Assembly: GCA_963976765.1 (NCBI GenBank)
Contig: CAXBME010000002.1
Location: forward strand, 1 to 64,000
DNA length: 64,000 bases
Source of the DNA: an uncultured Planctomycetaceae bacterium
GTDB taxonomy: Bacteria > Planctomycetota > Planctomycetia > Planctomycetales > Planctomycetaceae
Reading direction: 5' to 3'
In this document: piece by piece, positions 60,601-64,000 of the stretch
Layout of the letters: the number at the start of each line of letters is the position of its first letter
How positions within the stretch are numbered: the stretch's first letter is position 1
The notes under the pieces: generated by a model
The model's database searches: none
Seen by the model: the letters and a program-made list of their open reading frames with translations, nothing else
What the model was told of the DNA's origin: nothing
Translations under genes and position numbers: made by a program

Positions 60601-60648
60601 AACCCGAGATGTCAGTGAGCGACCGATCCCTCGCTCACGCTTCGGGTT
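60601..60648. repeat. planctomycete-type REP palindrome
   Basis: AACCCGA...GTGAGCGA-loop-TCGCTCAC GCT TCGGGTT. Confidence 0.7.
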
Positions 60649-60872
60649 ATGATTGCCGCTACACTTGCTCCAAAGCGGCTTCAGGCTCTTTCCGCAAAAG
60701 CCAGAGATCGCCCTCACGCACTAAACCTGGCCAGCAAAGCCAGTGTCGTCGCTCGTCTGTATGAACCAGTTATTCATGATCAGGTGGCTCTGATTGCCAA
60801 TTAAGATCGCACAGCGACAGGGCTATCCCTGAGTCGTGGCCGCTTCAAACGAGCCTCTCACGGCTACGCCGC

Positions 60873-61451
60873 CTACGATCTGGCTTTGTCACGTCTTGCC
60901 TGCCTGTTGACCGTTATCGCGATGGCAGCGCCGACCAGAAAGCCCAGTACTCCGGCCGCAGTCAGCTCTAGTCCGGTTGGATCAGAGTTTTTGAACGCTC
61001 TGTCTGAATAGCCCATCAAATAAAAAACCAGTCCAAGTGTCGCCAGAACTGCTCCATGTGCCCCCAGAAACACAACACGCAGCAGCTCCTTCCGTTTGGG
61101 CCCCAGTTCCCTGCGGCGAATGCACTTTCGTGAAAGACAGATGTTACCGTTCTGAATCCATTCCGAAACGGGGTGCGTCTGATAGCAATTCAGGCATTGG
61201 ACCACGTTCGGCCCGAATTCCGGAGTGCGTTGGCAATGAGGGCAGCCATAAGCATTCGTAAATTCCGAGAAGCCTCGTTCGCAGGACGGACAGGTGACAG
61301 GGCCATCATCCCTGGTGAGGTATGGGTGAGGTTCAATTTCGCCTTTGCGTTGATTCCACTTGACTCCGCAGTGTGGACATCGCGCCCCAAAGCGAACGTC
61401 TGGCGGTACAATGTTACCGCACGATTCACATGATTTTATGACATCTGTCAT
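60873..61451 (-). CDS. multi zinc-ribbon membrane protein (hypothetical)
   Basis: CESC, CPHC, CPSC, CPHC, CLNC and CLSRKC followed by two TM helices. Confidence 0.7.
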   Translation of the reverse strand: MTDVIKSCESCGNIVPPDVRFGARCPHCGVKWNQRKGEIEPHPYLTRDDGPVTCPSCERGFSEFTNAYGCPHCQRTPEFGPNVVQCLNCYQTHPVSEWIQNGNICLSRKCIRRRELGPKRKELLRVVFLGAHGAVLATLGLVFYLMGYSDRAFKNSDPTGLELTAAGVLGFLVGAAIAITVNRQARRDKARS

Positions 61452-61550
61452 CCTGAAGCCTCGAATGTTGACTTCCTTCCACAACGTGGAGCATCCCGAA
61501 CAATTCTCGAATCGTCCAATCTTGCAGAGTGCGAGGCCTGTTGGATTGGA

Positions 61551-61847
61551 TCAGAGAAGATCACCACCAACACGTAGCATCAGGCAGGCCAGAAACACGC
61601 CGACTCCCGCTGCAATTCCCCATGGCCCTGATGCAGCACACATGGCTCCACCAAACAGAATCCCAGCAAACAGTGGAAAGCCCAGATATTCCAGCCACAA
61701 CACCCAGCTTCCGTCATCTGGTTGATCGACATTGGGTGAACACGCCGGAGGGGAAGGTTTTTCTTCTGAGGACTCTCCAGCACCACATGCCGGACAGACT
61801 TTCATCTGGTTTTCCAGCGCGATGCCACAGTGTTTACACGGACGCAT
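61551..61847 (-). CDS. small zinc-ribbon membrane protein (hypothetical)
   Basis: CKHC-x10-CPAC followed by a hydrophobic hairpin. Confidence 0.7.
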   Translation of the reverse strand: MRPCKHCGIALENQMKVCPACGAGESSEEKPSPPACSPNVDQPDDGSWVLWLEYLGFPLFAGILFGGAMCAASGPWGIAAGVGVFLACLMLRVGGDLL

Positions 61848-61908
61848 TCAGGCCCCCCCCCTCGTCTCAGAAGCTCGAGTCTTTGCTGATGTCGCACGTC
61901 TTCCATTT

Positions 61909-63411
61909 CTACCGGCGTATGCCCAGCCCTCGAATGACGAGGGAGATTCCGGCGATGACCGTCAGTGCCAGTATTTGAGCGTACTTTGGGACCGCCCATC
62001 CGTAAGTGCTCAGCAGGTAGACGTAACCGCCAGCACCTACGGTAATCAACACGCCTCCGAAACCGAGCATCACCCTGGAGACGGGTCGCCGTTCATTCAA
62101 GTCATCACCGGATCGGAGACGATGCTTCGCTCTCACACTTGTGAACAGCATCATGAGAAGATACGGCGTGCTCATCAGAAGCATGAAGCCGTATGAAGCT
62201 CCCACGAGCGTCCATGTCCACCTTCCAAACAGGTACGCAAACCAGGCATTGATCGGAAGCGGAAGCAACAGACACACGATAATTGCAGCAGCAGTAAATT
62301 TACCCATGTTGCGATCGGCCCAGCGATACCATCGTGTTAACGTTGGCAACGGTCGAGCACGCACCGGCTCCCCATCGAGAAAACGTGCCAGATCGTCGAC
62401 CAGTTCGTGTGCTGACACATACCGATCGCCGGGACGCTTCTGCAGACATTTCAGGCAGATCATTTCTAGATCACGTGGCACTCCGCGGTTAATCGTGCGA
62501 GGAGAAGGGGGTTCATCGTTAATGACTGCCTGAATCAACTCAAGGGGACGATCCGCCACGAACGGCGGTCGACCGGTCAGCATGGCATAGAGAATCGCTC
62601 CGAGTGAATACACATCGGCAGCTTCTCCGGCATTCACGGCGCGTCCTCCAGCCTGTTCCGGCGACATGTAGCCTGGCGCCCCCAGAATCTGCCCGGTAAC
62701 GGTAAGCTCACTGGCTCGTCCAGCCTGTTTAGCGAGTCCAAAGTCAGTGACCCGTGGTTGACCATCGTCCCCAATCAGAATGTTCGCGGGCTTGAGATCC
62801 CGATGAACGACTCCCTTGTCGTGTGCAAAACCGACGGCCTCGGTGATGTACTTCATCAAGGTTGCTGCGTCTCGAGACGAAAACGGCCCGGTCGCAACTC
62901 GATCAGCCAGCGAGTCGCCTTCGACCAGGGCCATGGAAAAGAAGTGATGTCCGTCGTGGTCGCCGACTTCGAAGACAGGGACAATGCCGGGATGATCCAG
63001 TTGCGCGGCAGCTTCAGCTTCTGCCTGAAATCGCTCCACTTCGGCCTGGCTGGCAAACTGACCGGCCAGGATCATCTTCAATGCAACGATGCGATTCAGC
63101 CGAGTCTGACGGGCTTTATAGACGACTCCCATGCCGCCCCGAGCGATCTCCTCAAGCAACTCGTAATCACCAAAATAACGCAGTCTCGTTCCAGCAGAAG
63201 GTATCTCAGCATCTGAGGGGGCTTCGGGTTGAATACCCGACTCACGTGGGTTTGTCTCAGCCGGTCCCGGACTCGAAATGACCGTTGCGTCCACATCTGA
63301 AGAATCAGCGGATTCATCAATTCCAGCCTTCAACAGACAGCGGGGGCAGATGCCAACTGGAGCATCCGGTGGCAGCGTCGTTCCACACTTCTGGCATTCG
63401 TTCTGTTGCAT
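61909..63411 (-). CDS. Hanks-type Ser/Thr protein kinase with N-terminal zinc ribbon and C-terminal TM helices
   Basis: CQKC..CPRC; ARGGMGVVY, VALK, HRDLKPAN, DFG, YMSPEQ and DVYSLG motifs; about 4 TM helices; start ATG 63411. Confidence 0.95.
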   Translation of the reverse strand: MQQNECQKCGTTLPPDAPVGICPRCLLKAGIDESADSSDVDATVISSPGPAETNPRESGIQPEAPSDAEIPSAGTRLRYFGDYELLEEIARGGMGVVYKARQTRLNRIVALKMILAGQFASQAEVERFQAEAEAAAQLDHPGIVPVFEVGDHDGHHFFSMALVEGDSLADRVATGPFSSRDAATLMKYITEAVGFAHDKGVVHRDLKPANILIGDDGQPRVTDFGLAKQAGRASELTVTGQILGAPGYMSPEQAGGRAVNAGEAADVYSLGAILYAMLTGRPPFVADRPLELIQAVINDEPPSPRTINRGVPRDLEMICLKCLQKRPGDRYVSAHELVDDLARFLDGEPVRARPLPTLTRWYRWADRNMGKFTAAAIIVCLLLPLPINAWFAYLFGRWTWTLVGASYGFMLLMSTPYLLMMLFTSVRAKHRLRSGDDLNERRPVSRVMLGFGGVLITVGAGGYVYLLSTYGWAVPKYAQILALTVIAGISLVIRGLGIRR

Positions 63412-63481
63412 TATTGTCGCTCCCAGAGTCGTCAATCCGTTCTTACGGAAATTCCGACAGGCGCAACTCGAAAAATGAAGT

Positions 63482-64000
63482 TCATTCTGAAAACGTATCA
63501 AACAGGTGCTGCACTTCGCTGTCGATTTCCTCGGGTGTCGCGACAGTCTGAGCGATCTCTTCCCGCAGCAACTGGCGATATCGTTTCCGCATGCGACTCG
63601 CTGCCATGCGGGCTGCCGATTCGCTCTGCCCCAGCACCGACGCGACCGAGGCGTACGTCTCCGTTTCTGTTCCGATGGAGAAGTCCTTCAGCAGATTGAA
63701 TTGCTGAGACTTGCCGTTGCGTTCCATTTCCCGCTGCAGCCGCGTCATGACCCGGTTGAGCAGCGTGACGGCCCACTGACGTTCGTAAATCCGTTCGGCC
63801 GTCAACGTGTCGTGCAACGCACCCCAGTTGCGATCCTGTGACGCGAAATCGGCAGAGAACGTAATCCGGGTACCACCACGTTTCTGTGCAGCCGCTTTGT
63901 CGCGTTCCTTCGACAGGAACCGTTTGAACGCCGTAATCAGAAATGAACGGAAACGGCCGCGTGAGGGATCGGCATCGGCGAGATACTGCTTGTCCAGCAA
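63482..64000 (-). CDS. ECF-family RNA polymerase sigma factor (5' part outside the window)
   Basis: ADPSRGRFRSFL region 2; YERQWA; YASVASVLGQSESAARMAASRMRKRY HTH; directly upstream of the kinase. Confidence 0.88.
   Translation of the reverse strand: MLDKQYLADADPSRGRFRSFLITAFKRFLSKERDKAAAQKRGGTRITFSADFASQDRNWGALHDTLTAERIYERQWAVTLLNRVMTRLQREMERNGKSQQFNLLKDFSIGTETETYASVASVLGQSESAARMAASRMRKRYRQLLREEIAQTVATPEEIDSEVQHLFDTFSE

Overview
A gene-dense chromosomal window from a planctomycete, most likely Planctomycetaceae. This is inferred from DUF1559, three DUF1501, two DUF1549/DUF1553, a LExRxLL-leader giant protein and an ECF sigma-kinase pair. Housekeeping content includes mreB-mreC-mreD-pbp2, rpsT, pyrB-pyrC', iscS-like, aat, fabI, trpS, putA, a SWIM-SNF2 ATPase and tRNA-Gln(CTG). 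No CRISPR array, prophage or intact transposase is visible, though a possible IS end truncates the first gene. The best candidate for an undescribed system is the 'hypothetical' gene at 44628-46271. It reads as a DprA/SMF-like SLOG Rossmann domain fused to an AbiGi/DUF2743-like domain with ADP-ribosyltransferase-type H...CFS...ExE motifs. Other notable items are a 7-bladed FG-GAP propeller inserted inside a Calx-beta domain of an RTX adhesin, a histone-H1-like tail on PutA, and a membrane-anchored orphan FlgG-like protein beside a degenerate NuoK-like gene. There is also a catalytically dead dihydroorotase, a YyaL-DsbD-alpha lipoprotein fusion and an ECF-kinase-zinc-ribbon module. All family calls come from motif recognition by eye and no searches were run. 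Several start codons were moved downstream of the ORF-track start where a better start is evident.
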